Shown here: piece after piece, positions 1 through 10,805 of the stretch
Layout of the letters: each line of letters opens with the position of its first letter
Position numbering within the stretch: position 1 is the first letter of the stretch
Origin: Eremomyces bilateralis CBS 781.70
Taxonomy: Eukaryota
Reading direction: 5' to 3' (one strand)
DNA length: 64,000 nucleotides
NCBI GenBank assembly: GCA_010015585.1
Contig: ML975155.1
Program-made: the position numbers and the translations under genes
Notes under the pieces: model-generated
What the model saw: only the letters and a program-made list of their open reading frames with translations
Told to the model about the DNA's origin: nothing
The model's database searches: none

Positions 1-1516
1 CTCCTAATATCTGTACAACGTTCCATGTTCGGATAACATTATCTATATCGTTCTCTAACTTTATCATTGTATGTTGCGACTGCAAATCATTTGTTCGCAT
101 GAATGCATCGTGTTGACTAGAATCCTGTATATCCTGAAGGGAGGTTTCCCAGTCCCAAATAAGAAGAAAATCGCGTATGAAAGATGCCGATTGCGCAAGT
201 TCCGACCACTCAACATCATTATTCTTTGCATGTATGTGCTTCGGAGGTACGGCCGCGATTACAACAACTGTAAAATGATCCCCCCGTAATCTGACGATCG
301 TGGGCATTAAGGCTCCTCGCAACAGACATATCAGGTCTCCGTTTTGAATGGATTTGGCCGAGGTCTGCAGAAGCCAACTAGCGCTCCCACTTATTCCACA
401 CCCTGGTGATGTCTTGATTATGGCTTTCACATTTTGTCTACCACCCGAAACATTGTTGATACCTACCGTTGCCACCTTGCCAAGTACACAGCCCTTGCTC
501 TTAATAACCGCCGTCTCCTTTTCGTTCCAGGTATCAACGGAGACATGATCACTAAGAAGGAACTTGACCACGCGCTGCATAAGCACCCTCCACGGAAGAC
601 TATAGTCAGGCTCTAGGCCAGCTGTACTTAAATCGTCCGAGCACATGCCGAGCAAGGCATATACCTTGTCGTGGCGTTTCGTTGCCTGATGGGAATGGTA
701 CATATCAATGAGCTCGCCTAGAGAACAAATATCTAGCGAGAGTATCCCCTGCTTTCGCGACATATTCCTAGACCGGAATATTGCTCCTCGGATCAAGAAG
801 GCAACTTGACTCGTGGAGAATTTGAAGCCTGCACCTAAAACGTCTAGACCTGAGCAGAAGGCATGACCATCAATCTCTATAGAACCACATATGATCAGAA
901 TATGTCGGGCTGCTGCCATTTCTTGCAGAACCTTAAACAGTATTTAGTCTATCCGAATATTGGCATTTAAGCTTTAGTGGCTTACCCAAATTCGCCGAAA
1001 CCATGGCCGTTGAAGCAGTTGCAGAAATGCCGTTTGGTCTAATTCTGTGTTTGATATCCTTGCAGTGGTCTCGCCTGTGAGACGTATTGCCTCAAGCGCT
1101 CGATCGCTATCGTTCTCAGCCTCCCCAAGCCAAACAACTACACGGTGTGCTTTGGCGTAAATCTCTGCCATTAACGGGATCTGATCTTCTTTTTCCTTAT
1201 CATTTGCTTGGTCGATGCAAATAGCATCTATCCAGATGATTCGAGAACAGCCATGGTCTCGGAGATGTAGAAGCGCCGTGTAGAGATTTTGCGTAACATC
1301 CAAACTTTGGTTATCGATAATGATGGTCTGTGGTTTGTCCTCGCTGCCCCAAACGTACGATAGTGCTTCGTAAGGATGAGATGGTTTATTTGAGTTTCGT
1401 AAGCGATAATCGAAGAGTTCGCATCGTAAGCTCTTTGCGTCCTTTTCGCTTGGTAGCAGTCGAAGGAGGCGGATGCTGGTGGGTAGCGAAAGCTGAGAAT
1501 AACGATATTCCGACAT
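1..1516 (-). CDS. HET-domain (heterokaryon incompatibility, HET-6-like) protein, 3' end outside window
   Basis: HET motifs IRLLRL, YEALSYVWG, WIDAICIDQ, QIPLMAEIY and RPWFRRIW. A GT-AG intron at 932-985 joins ...RRIW to VLQEMAAAR..., and the frame stays open to position 1 (includes DKVYALLG). Confidence 0.9.
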
Positions 1517-1601
1517 GATGTTGGAGTCAACATGGCGAGTGGAGAACTTGAATTCTTCTTCTATCTTCTTCTAGCGCTCGATTCAGCTAGAGCTCTACTA
1601 C

Positions 1602-4370
1602 CAGGCTGGAGACTTGAGTCGAGCCACTCGCTTCATTTGCACTCGCTCGCCAAGGACTCGCTCGATGCTCGCTCAAGATTCGTAGCGAGTCTCCCGCTAA
1701 TCCTCTTCCATACTAGTCTACCAATCTTGCTGGACTTGGACCCCAGATTTGCTCGTTATGGCTATAAAACCATATGAATTACATAGCAATGACGGCTTCA
1801 TGTCGAAATTCGATGTTCATTGCTCATGTTACAAATGTACAGTAGCTCAAAACCGAAATTCAAGTCTGTGTCTTGGTCCGGTTTCACCAAAAGTCCGTGA
1901 GATTTCAAGAAAACGAGATTCCGATCATGGAAAACATCAATATGGCATCGTATACAGACTCGTACTCCTCGACCTCGTCGTCTGAGACCCCATATACCAC
2001 GGAAACAGACCGACTGCTAGAGTTTGTCCCCCTGCGACCTCAGCTCGACAAATACGGTCTATATGCGGTTGACGTTCCTCCAACGCGTCAAGCAATGCGG
2101 AAGAAACACCGGACAAGCTCCATATGGTACTGGGGGTTTACAGTACGGAAAATGGGCGATACAGAGGAAGAGATACCGTACTGGGTCTGTCGTAAATGCT
2201 GGTTTCAAGCGAAATCGATCAACGATATCAAGATGTATTCGACATCAGCTACTTCCAATGCCCGTCGACATCTCATAAACGATCACGGTTTTCTCAGGCA
2301 TGGATCGAAGGTTATCCCTCCAGGACATCCAGAATCGTGGGAGGATTTTACAGGATACCGTCAGAGGACCCTCCTCAACGCCCACACAGCCTATTTGAAA
2401 TGGCTAGTGGTTGATGGAGTGCCTTTTCGTCAGGCTTCGTCAAACAGCTTCAACGCGCTGATGGAGTCTTTAAGTGGTGGAGAGATTGAGATGGGAGTAC
2501 GCAACCATAAGTCTGTGCGCAAGAAAATTGATCTCGCATACAAGGAATGTCGTCGTCTCGTTTCTCATAAGATCTCGCGGAGTCTTAGCAATGTTTCACT
2601 GTCTTATGACATCTGGACCTCTACGAACGACCTTCCTTTCCTTGGGATCGAGGCGCATTTCATCTCCGGGGAAGGAATACCGCGTCAACAAAATATCCTC
2701 TTACGGCTAGAGGAGATCGAAGGTGCTCATACCGGCGACAATATCGCACAGCTCCTTACCAAGGCTATCCAAACGTTTGAGATACAGGCAAGGATTGCGT
2801 TCCTAATGTCTGATAACGCGGAAAACAACTCTACCGCGGTTAAAGAGCTTGGGAAGCTCCTAAATCTCACTTTATCGGGAAGGCGTTTACGCTGTAGTAC
2901 CCACATCGTGAATTTAGTTTGCCAACAGCTTTCCAGGGACCATTCGTCTAATATCGAAGCCAGCAATGACAATGGGCTTGATACTATACGACCTAGGCGG
3001 GCTGAAGGCTACACGGATTTGGATTCTGGGTTTCCTACCAATACCGACATAGAGCCCATTACCAAGCTTAAAGCTATCATTGGTCATATCAAAAAGAGTC
3101 CTAAACAGGAGAAAGAGTTCTTTACGATACAGACTGATATTATTGAGGATATGACGGGCAACGAAAAGTCCATTAAGACCGATCGGCCCCTTAGAATCGT
3201 ACGTGAGAACGCCACACGGTGGAACTCGCGGTACGATTCGGTCCAGCGAGCCATCAAGCTGCGTGTCGCTATTGATCAGTACTGCGAGCGGTATCAGCAC
3301 CTTCAGGGCCTTACCGTCGACGATTGGCGTATCCTTGAGAAACTTATCGAGTTGTACGAACCGATGAAGCATGCGACCTGGATCCTGGAAGGGAATGCGG
3401 ACCATGGTGCTAAAGGGGCTCTTTGGGAGGCGTATCCATCGCTTCTTATGATTATCCGGGCCCTGGAGGGTTTCCTCGCGGATCTTTCACAGAATCAGGA
3501 GCTCCAGGAGCTCGTAAGGGCCATACAAGCGGCCCTGGTTAAGGCGAAGGAATACCGGTCTAAGATGGAGGATATTCCTGCGTACAGACTCGCCCTTCTC
3601 CTCCACCCAAAATACAAGAAGGCGTGGTTGGACGACTCCGAAGCTAGTAGCCACAAGACTGCCGAGCTCCTACGCAAACTCCGCGAGAATGTATCCAAGA
3701 TACAGGATAATGATTCGGGTGCAGAGAATGCACAGGAGGCCTCGCAGGAGACCATCCCTAGTGATCGCCAAAGGGTCTACAAGGCCTTCCAGGCAGCCCT
3801 CGCGCCTCGTTTTGAACCACGTAATATCTCCACGCCCGATGAGGTCTCCTACTATCTCCGAGAGGCCCCTGAGGAGACTGATACGCCTATTACGTGGTGG
3901 GTAGCTAATCGCACGCGGTTTCCCGCTCTATACCAGATCGCTCTGGACCTCTTCGCGACTCCTTCCTCCGCCGCTGATATGGAGCGGATTTGGTCAGCTT
4001 GTGGGAGACTTCTTGATACCGAAAGGCCACGGATGGAGGGAAAAACGTTGAACAGACTGATTTGCCTACAGAATTGGTTTAATCAAGGTATTATCAGTGA
4101 TATGGAGCTCGAGAGGATTATCTATCATCAGGCGTCTACGGAGGCTATGTAGATAAGTAGTGTAATATAGATTATCATCCTCTTCACCATCTTCACCACC
4201 ACGAAATCTCTGTTTATACATAAGCAGGAAGGAAAGTTGGAACTTTATTTGGTTGGCGCAACCACGGCACAGGCACGCTCGCCAAGGTTCTTAGACGAGT
4301 GTGAGTAGAGTCGGGCGACTCGATTACGTAAGACTTGAGTTCGCTCAAACTCGCTCAAGTCTCCACCCTG
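1602..4370 (+). mobile_element. Complete hAT-superfamily DNA transposon
   Basis: 17-bp TIRs CAGG(C/G)TGGAGACTTGAG with 1 mismatch. Perfect 8-bp TSD TCTACTAC at 1594-1601 and 4371-4378. Subterminal (A)CTCGCTC repeats at both ends. Contains a transposase ORF. Confidence 0.95.
1927..4152 (+). CDS. hAT transposase, apparently intact
   Basis: BED-finger-like WVCRKC...RRHLINDH, YDIWT, SDN, RCSTH (CxxH), TRWNS, and the C-terminal dimerisation region WW...FPALYQIALDLFATPSSAADMERIWS. ORF is uninterrupted; first ATG at 1927. Confidence 0.92.
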   Translation: MENINMASYTDSYSSTSSSETPYTTETDRLLEFVPLRPQLDKYGLYAVDVPPTRQAMRKKHRTSSIWYWGFTVRKMGDTEEEIPYWVCRKCWFQAKSINDIKMYSTSATSNARRHLINDHGFLRHGSKVIPPGHPESWEDFTGYRQRTLLNAHTAYLKWLVVDGVPFRQASSNSFNALMESLSGGEIEMGVRNHKSVRKKIDLAYKECRRLVSHKISRSLSNVSLSYDIWTSTNDLPFLGIEAHFISGEGIPRQQNILLRLEEIEGAHTGDNIAQLLTKAIQTFEIQARIAFLMSDNAENNSTAVKELGKLLNLTLSGRRLRCSTHIVNLVCQQLSRDHSSNIEASNDNGLDTIRPRRAEGYTDLDSGFPTNTDIEPITKLKAIIGHIKKSPKQEKEFFTIQTDIIEDMTGNEKSIKTDRPLRIVRENATRWNSRYDSVQRAIKLRVAIDQYCERYQHLQGLTVDDWRILEKLIELYEPMKHATWILEGNADHGAKGALWEAYPSLLMIIRALEGFLADLSQNQELQELVRAIQAALVKAKEYRSKMEDIPAYRLALLLHPKYKKAWLDDSEASSHKTAELLRKLRENVSKIQDNDSGAENAQEASQETIPSDRQRVYKAFQAALAPRFEPRNISTPDEVSYYLREAPEETDTPITWWVANRTRFPALYQIALDLFATPSSAADMERIWSACGRLLDTERPRMEGKTLNRLICLQNWFNQGIISDMELERIIYHQASTEAM

Positions 4371-4377
4371 TCTACTA

Positions 4378-6684
4378 CTCACGCCACGCGCCCAACATAT
4401 CCCCTCATATATTGGGCGCTAGACACCCCAATCAACATACCACCCCAACCAACATAGAAATGATCCAAGCGATGAGATTTCCTATATGGAGCCCAAAACA
4501 ATGAGTTAATATACAAATTTGGCAGTAGATCTTTGCAGAACCATCCAATCTAGTAATCTCCCGACTGGATTAATTTCTAATCGCGTTGGGCAGGTTATAT
4601 CTCACTTTTTAAGACCTCCCACCATGAGGTCGAAAATGCATCACGAATTGAAACTCCTCCCATCCTTCGAATTCACGCGTTATCGCCATGATTACGATAT
4701 AGATGCAGAGGCGGTAAGACTATCACGATCCTTACGAGCTTTTTTGCGTGCTTCCTTCGCCTTTTCCGCCTTTTTCCGGGCGGTTTCCTTCTTCTTCGCC
4801 TCCTTGCGTGCCGCCTTATCTATCCTCTCCTGTTCACGGTTATCCACGATGGTCCTGCATTGGTCGACCGTAATCATGCCTCCTGAGAAGACCCGTCGTT
4901 TGTTACCCTCTCGGGCATTAAGTAATCTCATCTTTTTTGCGAGATCTGAGCCGTAGAGATCCTGCATCGCCTTCTTCGCTTCAAGGGACTGAGTCTGGGC
5001 ACCTCTACACAGCTGATCAATGCGAGGACGGAGATGAATAGGGATACTTTCGTCCTCCTGGATGAAACTGCCTAACCGCCGTGTAGCTCGTACGGTGGTG
5101 GGAGTCTTCAGGCCAGGAGAGGCATGCTGACCCTCCTGGATACCCTGCTCAGGAGGAGTCAACGGTCTCTGTTCAGCCTCTCTTGGTGGTGGGCGGATCT
5201 TCTTAAGCACCATCTCAGGGTCCCAGGGATGTATTCCAGCCTTCCGGAAACCGCTGCGGATCGTGCCCTCGGTAAGGGCCTGCTGCCTCACTTCTCCAAT
5301 CCCATCTAGAAACTCCAGCTTGGTGTATGCGGTGATACCCTGGCGGACCGCATACTCATACCTCTTCCCGTGGTAATGCTTCATTGGTTGGAAACAGGTA
5401 AGGTCGAGAGGCTGAATGATGTGCGTCGTATGAGGGGGAAAGGCAATCGGATAGATATCGTGTTCCCAGAAAAAGTCTACGAAAAGGTTCGTCTGGTGAG
5501 ATCCGTGCCCATCAAGGAAAAGGATCCTCTTTTGCCCTTTTCTACCAGTCGGTCTAGTATGGCTCTCAAAGTGACGTATCCAATCGAGTGCGAATAGATC
5601 GTTACTAAACGCCTTCTCCGTAGCACCAAGAAGTATATCCTCATCGATATTCATCCCATCTTGGACCCATCCTTGAAGGATACATTTCCCATTCATGATA
5701 AGAGCGGCAGGAATCTCACGCCCCTTCGCATTTACGGCCTCTACGACGATAGCTACTTCACGGTTCTCCGGGACCGCCATTCGGCTATAGTTTTCGTCGG
5801 AGACTACGCGAACGAGCACGATTAAGGAGGGGCTGCCTACCCCGATCATAAATCCGGATTCATCCATATTCCATATATTCTCAGGTTCGATATTCTGGTC
5901 ATTAATGATGAATTCGACGCCCTAGAACCAGCTCTGGATAGACTCGTAATCCTCTGCCTCTCGTCGCTTTAGATCTCGCGTCCTCTGCTTCATGGTCTTG
6001 ATCTCAGGGTGTCGTTTAAGATACCGCGCAACCCAATGCTGACCCAGAGGCGGAACGATAGACCCCGGTGGTCCACCGTTATATTGATCTAGTGCGAACT
6101 CCGCAGCTGCTTTGAATTGCGCTTTCGTCGGTGGTAGACGGAGTACATCTAACCGTCGTATATATTGAGCGAGATATTCCTCTGCAGAAGGAGGAAGGCG
6201 AAAACAAGTATCTCCGGGCCGCCTAGAGCGGGACCCGGTGGTATTGAGGCGGGCGAGGATACGACGGTATAGAGATTGGGCACCAAAATGCCGCGCCGCA
6301 GCCGCTGCATTAGGCTGTTCGCCTGTACGGACCGATTGAGCAGCCAATTCCACGCGTTTCTCCTCGAGTAAATATTCAGACATGATGGGTGGTGGTGAGT
6401 ATTAGGTAGGGCAAAACCGTGATACAAATTGATGGTCTTGACTGACGAACTTGAGCAGAGTAGAACACAACGAAACAATATCGGTAGAATATCAGGAAAA
6501 AGACTAATTCCTTCAGAATTGGTGCATCTTTTAATTTACTATCAAATTTGTATGGAAACCACAACGGGAGGCGAAATAACGCGAAACGTCGCGTTGGAGA
6601 TCATTTCTATGTTGGTTGGGGTGGTATTGATTGGGGTGTCTAGCGCCCAATATATAAGGGGATATGTTGGGCGCGTGGCGTGAG
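4378..6684 (-). mobile_element. Fot1/pogo-type Tc1-mariner DNA transposon
   Basis: ~86-88-bp TIRs starting CTCACGCCACGCGCCCAACATATCCCC (4378-4465 and 6599-6684; one substitution and a 2-bp indel). Flanked by TA at 4376-4377 and 6685-6686. Confidence 0.95.
4692..6383 (-). pseudogene. Fot1/pogo transposase (HTH-CENPB + DD35D) interrupted by one in-frame TAG
   Basis: ORFs 5922-6383 and 4692-5867 share a frame and are separated by TAG at 5922-5924 (SWF*GVEFII...NIWNMDESG). Catalytic MDESG / FLDGHGSH / QPLD, with 35 residues between the last two Asp. Confidence 0.88.
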
Positions 6685-6690
6685 TAGATA

Positions 6691-8062
6691 CTGTGAGGGG
6701 TCACTCCACCACAAGATGCATCACCAATATAAATCAATCGATACATTACTATTACAAAGGCTAACCGCTCTAAAAACTTCATAGATGGAAAGAACAGGCT
6801 AATATTTAGTATACCAGCCCTTTGCCTCAAGTACAGCCTGCAGACGACGCGGTAAACTCTCAATTAGCGCGTTTACCTTGTCTTGGCCGATGGAATCCCA
6901 GGCCTCTATTATTGCGCGCATCATCTTGATCCTATCGACCTGGTTATCCTTTAGACTACCAAAATCCGGGTATTTTCGGTATAAATAATCTTTCATCTGC
7001 CTCCAAATGTGCTCAATTGGATTCAGGTCTGGGCTATGAGGTGGCCAATCGATGCAAGCAATCTGATGGTCTTGGAACCACCTAGTCGACAACTTTGAGG
7101 TATGAATCCGCGCGTTATCTTGNNNNNNNNNNNNNNNNNNNNNNNNNNNNNNNNNNNNNNNNNNNNNNNNNNNNNNNNNNNNNNNNNNNNNNNNNNNNNN
7201 NNNNNNNNNNNNNNNNNNNNNNNNNNNNNNNNNNNNNNNNNNNNNNNNNNNNNNNNNNNNNNNNNNNNNNNNNNNNNNNNNNNNNNNNNNNNNNNNNNNN
7301 NNNNNNNNNNNNNNNNNNNNNNNNNNNNNNNNNNNNNNNNNNNNNNNNNNNNNNNNNNNNNNNNNNNNNNNNNNNNNNNNNNNNNNNNNNNNNNNNNNNN
7401 NNNNNNNNNNNNNNNNNNNNNNNNNNNNNNNNNNNNNNNNNNNNNNNNNNNNNNNNNNNNNNNNNNNNNNNNNNNNNNNNNNNNNNNNNNNNNNNNNNNN
7501 NNNNNNNNNNNNNNNNNNNNNNNNNNNNNNNNNNNNNNNNNNNNNNNNNNNNNNNNNNNNNNATTTGCGGTAGTATTTGGACCCCCGGAGCGCGCGTTTG
7601 ACGGTCGACTTGGACGGGGTGCCTTGGTCGCATGTGAGGGACCGCGCCAGCTCGTTGTGAGTGACCTTCGGGTTTTTTTATTTGTTGTTGAAGATAACGG
7701 AAGTCAGGTTCCGTGATCATCTTGGTCGGTGTCCTTTTGGGAGAGACTTGAACGTTCGTTGCGTACCGAACTTCTCAATTGTGTAGTCGATGGTTGAGGG
7801 CGAGCATCCGACCTCGCGCGCAATCGCTCGTTTAGACATTAGGCCCGCGTCGACCATTCCAATGATTGCAGATCGCTGTTCTGGCGTAAGATTTGCATCC
7901 TTACGCCGATTCCCGCTAATTTCACCCAAAATTGAGCGTTCCATCATTAAAATTGATGAAGATATTGATCATCTAAGATCTAGAGTCGGTTTGACGCGTC
8001 TCGTGGTTGTTGGGGCCTGTGCACGATTTGACCGGATTACTCATTACTCTGACCCCACACAG
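6691..8062 (-). mobile_element. Tc1/impala-type DNA transposon (DD34E), centre lost in an assembly gap
   Basis: Short TIRs CTGTG(A/T)GGGGTCA, flanked by TA at 6689-6690 and 8063-8064. C-terminus QDNARIH...WPPHSPDLNPIE (34 residues between D and E) ending GWYTKY at 6799. N-terminal HTH (SKRAIAREVGCSPSTI) at 7717-7947, with frameshifts next to the gap. Confidence 0.88.
7123..7562. other. Assembly gap (440 N)
   Basis: Run of n characters inside the Tc1 element. Confidence 1.
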
Positions 8063-8664
8063 TAGTTATTTGAGATGAGATCTAGGGAGAAACCTCTCTT
8101 TCACTTTTTCCTCTTTAGCAGTTCAATGACGATATTTGGTCCCTGAATCCTTTTGATCCAAACCCTCACAATCTCTTTATACAGTGGAACCTTCTCTGTA
8201 GAATCTGACAATAGGAACAGCCGGGTCATCGACGGAGATGGCCAAGCTTCGATCGCAAAAGGCTTGATCGACCTGGACTCGGTAAAATCGGCACATAACG
8301 AACCTAGAACCCCAACCACCATTGGGATCGATTGGGATCTCCACCAACAGCTGCATATTCGGTTGAGTACAGTTTAGGACTTCAACCGTTAACCGGCGGG
8401 GATGACTCCTAGCCAGGGCTCCAGGAGATCTCTGTTTTTTTTTCTTGTGGGAATTCCTGTGTTTCTTTACTCACTCAATCAACTGGTTAAGTCAAGCTTT
8501 TTCTCGCCTGCAAGTCGATCTCTATTTAGTGACGATAACTCGCATCTCATGTTTTCCAGTCCGCGTTCCTTTAAAAAGTCATTATATCATCCCCGGACTA
8601 ATCGCGGGGTCATTGTCCCATCGAAAGTCCATGGTTCCGCATTTGCGCCTTTCCGCCTTACAAC

Positions 8665-10584
8665 ATGCCAACGAACAATGCGGAACTGGACCCAGAAAAG
8701 CGATCTCTTGAAAAGGAGACTTCACAAAGCTCTACAGCACCAAGACCGAAATCTCTCACAGACAGGACGGATGGCATATCTCGTCCGGGAACTCCTTCTA
8801 CCGTTCATTCCACATCCAGCGAATCTTCCACCCCCATAGCCGCAGAGGACTCTCACAGGTCTCCTCCAGATCTAGGTCTCCGCCAGGAACAATCCTGTGC
8901 TAGCACTGTCCTTCCACCCCCTGTCATCGTCCCTCGCCACCAGCGTCGAGGCCTCCTCTCGCGCTTCACTCTCATTCCCGAAGTGACCAACCCCTATTGC
9001 TACACCGGCCGTACAAAATGGGCTGTCACAGCTGTCATTGCACTCTCCGCCGCAGCCGCCCCTATGGGTTCCGCAATTATCTTACCCGCCCTCGCTCTAA
9101 TTGCTGACGATCTTGGTGCCACGCCCACCGTCACGAATCTGTCAGTTGCGTTATATATGCTTAGTATGTCCATCTTTCCACTATGGTGGAGTTCGTTCAG
9201 TGAGCAGCTCGGGCGGCGCTCCGTTTTGATCTTTTCGTTCTTCCTCTTCGCCGTATTCGCACTACTGAGCGCCGTCTCAACCAATATTGCCATGCTGATC
9301 GTAATGCGAGTACTATCTGGCGGCGCGGCGGCGAGCGTGCAGGCGGTAGGTGCGGGGGGTATAGCGGATATATGGGAACCAAAAGAGCGTGGAAAAGCAA
9401 TGGGTATCTTTTATCTCGGCCCGCTATGTGGACCATTACTTGCCCCGATCTTTGGAGGGGCAATGGCGGAAACGCAAGGCTGGAGGTCCACACAGTGGTT
9501 CCTGTTTGCATTCGGTGTGGCCACAACAATATTGCTAACATTTGGTCTCCCTGAAACCTTACCGAGGAGCTCAATTCTGGTAGAGGAGGAGAATACGAAT
9601 GACGTGGAGCCGGAAGATAATTGTAATCAGCCGCAACAAGAGAAGGATTTGGAGAATGCTATCACCGATGCCTCTGAACCTGCTCAGCCGGTTCGAACCA
9701 CGAAATCGAACTCTGCTCCTCGAGTCGAACCTCTTACTAAAATATCCACAACTAAATCTGTCCATTTGAAAACCAAGCGGTTCCTTGGTTTCTTCCGTCG
9801 CTCCATCATCGATCCTCTCTCCATAATCCTGCTCCTTCGCTTCCCAGCCGTGGCTATTACAGTCTACTACGCATCCATTACATTTGGTTCCCTCTATTTC
9901 CTCAACATCTCCGTCTCCAGCAGCTTTTCCCATGCACCATACAACTTCTCCACTCTCATTGTTGGGTTGCTCTATATCCCAAGCAGCCTGGGGTATTTTC
10001 TCACCAGTGTTTTCGGTGGACGCTGGCTGGATTATGTCATGATAAGGGAAGCGAAGAAACGGGGAACCGTAGACGAAAGGGGCAAGCTGCTCTTGAGTCC
10101 GGTCGACCGGATGCAGGAGAACGCCTGGATCAGTGCGATCCTGTTTCCGGGTGCGCTCCTCTGGTACGGCTGGACTGTTGAGAACGGCATTCACTGGATC
10201 GTGCCGGTAAATATCCGCATTTAACATTCTCAGCCGTCTCATTCGCTTTGCTTACGATATCTGTAGATGATTGGCAACTTTTTCTTCGGCATGGGTTCCA
10301 TGATCGTCTTCGCTATGTCCGCCACGATGCTTACGGAGTTTCTCCCCGGCCGAGCCTCCAACGGTGTGGCGGTCAACAACTTCGTCCGCAACATTTTCTC
10401 CTGTGTCGGCGCCCTGATTGCCGAGCCACTGATTGGAGCCATTGGGAATGGTTGGCTCTGCACAATATTAAGTCTTGTGGCCGTTATCAGCGGCTCCTTT
10501 GTCATCCTCACCATGAAGAAGTATGGGGAGGCTTGGAGACAAAAGATGACGGAGCAGTTGGAGCTTAGGGATACTGAGGATTGA
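8665..10584 (+). CDS. MFS drug:H+ antiporter (DHA1 family, Qdr/Dtr1-like)
   Basis: Multiple hydrophobic helices; motifs SEQLGRR, GIADIWEPKERGKAMG and GPLCGPLLAPIFGG. Intron at 10207-10266. Confidence 0.9.
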
Positions 10585-10805
10585 TGGTCACGACTTCTGC
10601 ATTGTGGCGTTTGATGGGATAGTTCTGCTGCATTAGAATAGACTTGGCGTTTCTTGTCACGCAACGTTACACCATTGGGCTGGTATTGCTATCTATGGGT
10701 GGTGACAATATTAAGAGACGGACAAACAGGATTCGGTTGGGGTAGGGAGCGTATTATAGAACACCAGAAGACTTCATTTCATTGTCGAATAAAAACAGCG
10801 ATTGT

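Noticed and set aside
7095..7720. Long ORFs made of X residues
   Set aside because: Artefacts of the 440-N gap.
7563..7740. Frameshifts in the Tc1 transposase N-terminus as evidence of programmed frameshifting or inactivation
   Set aside because: They look like single-base slips in homopolymers right beside an assembly gap, so low sequence quality is an equally good explanation. Undecidable without reads.
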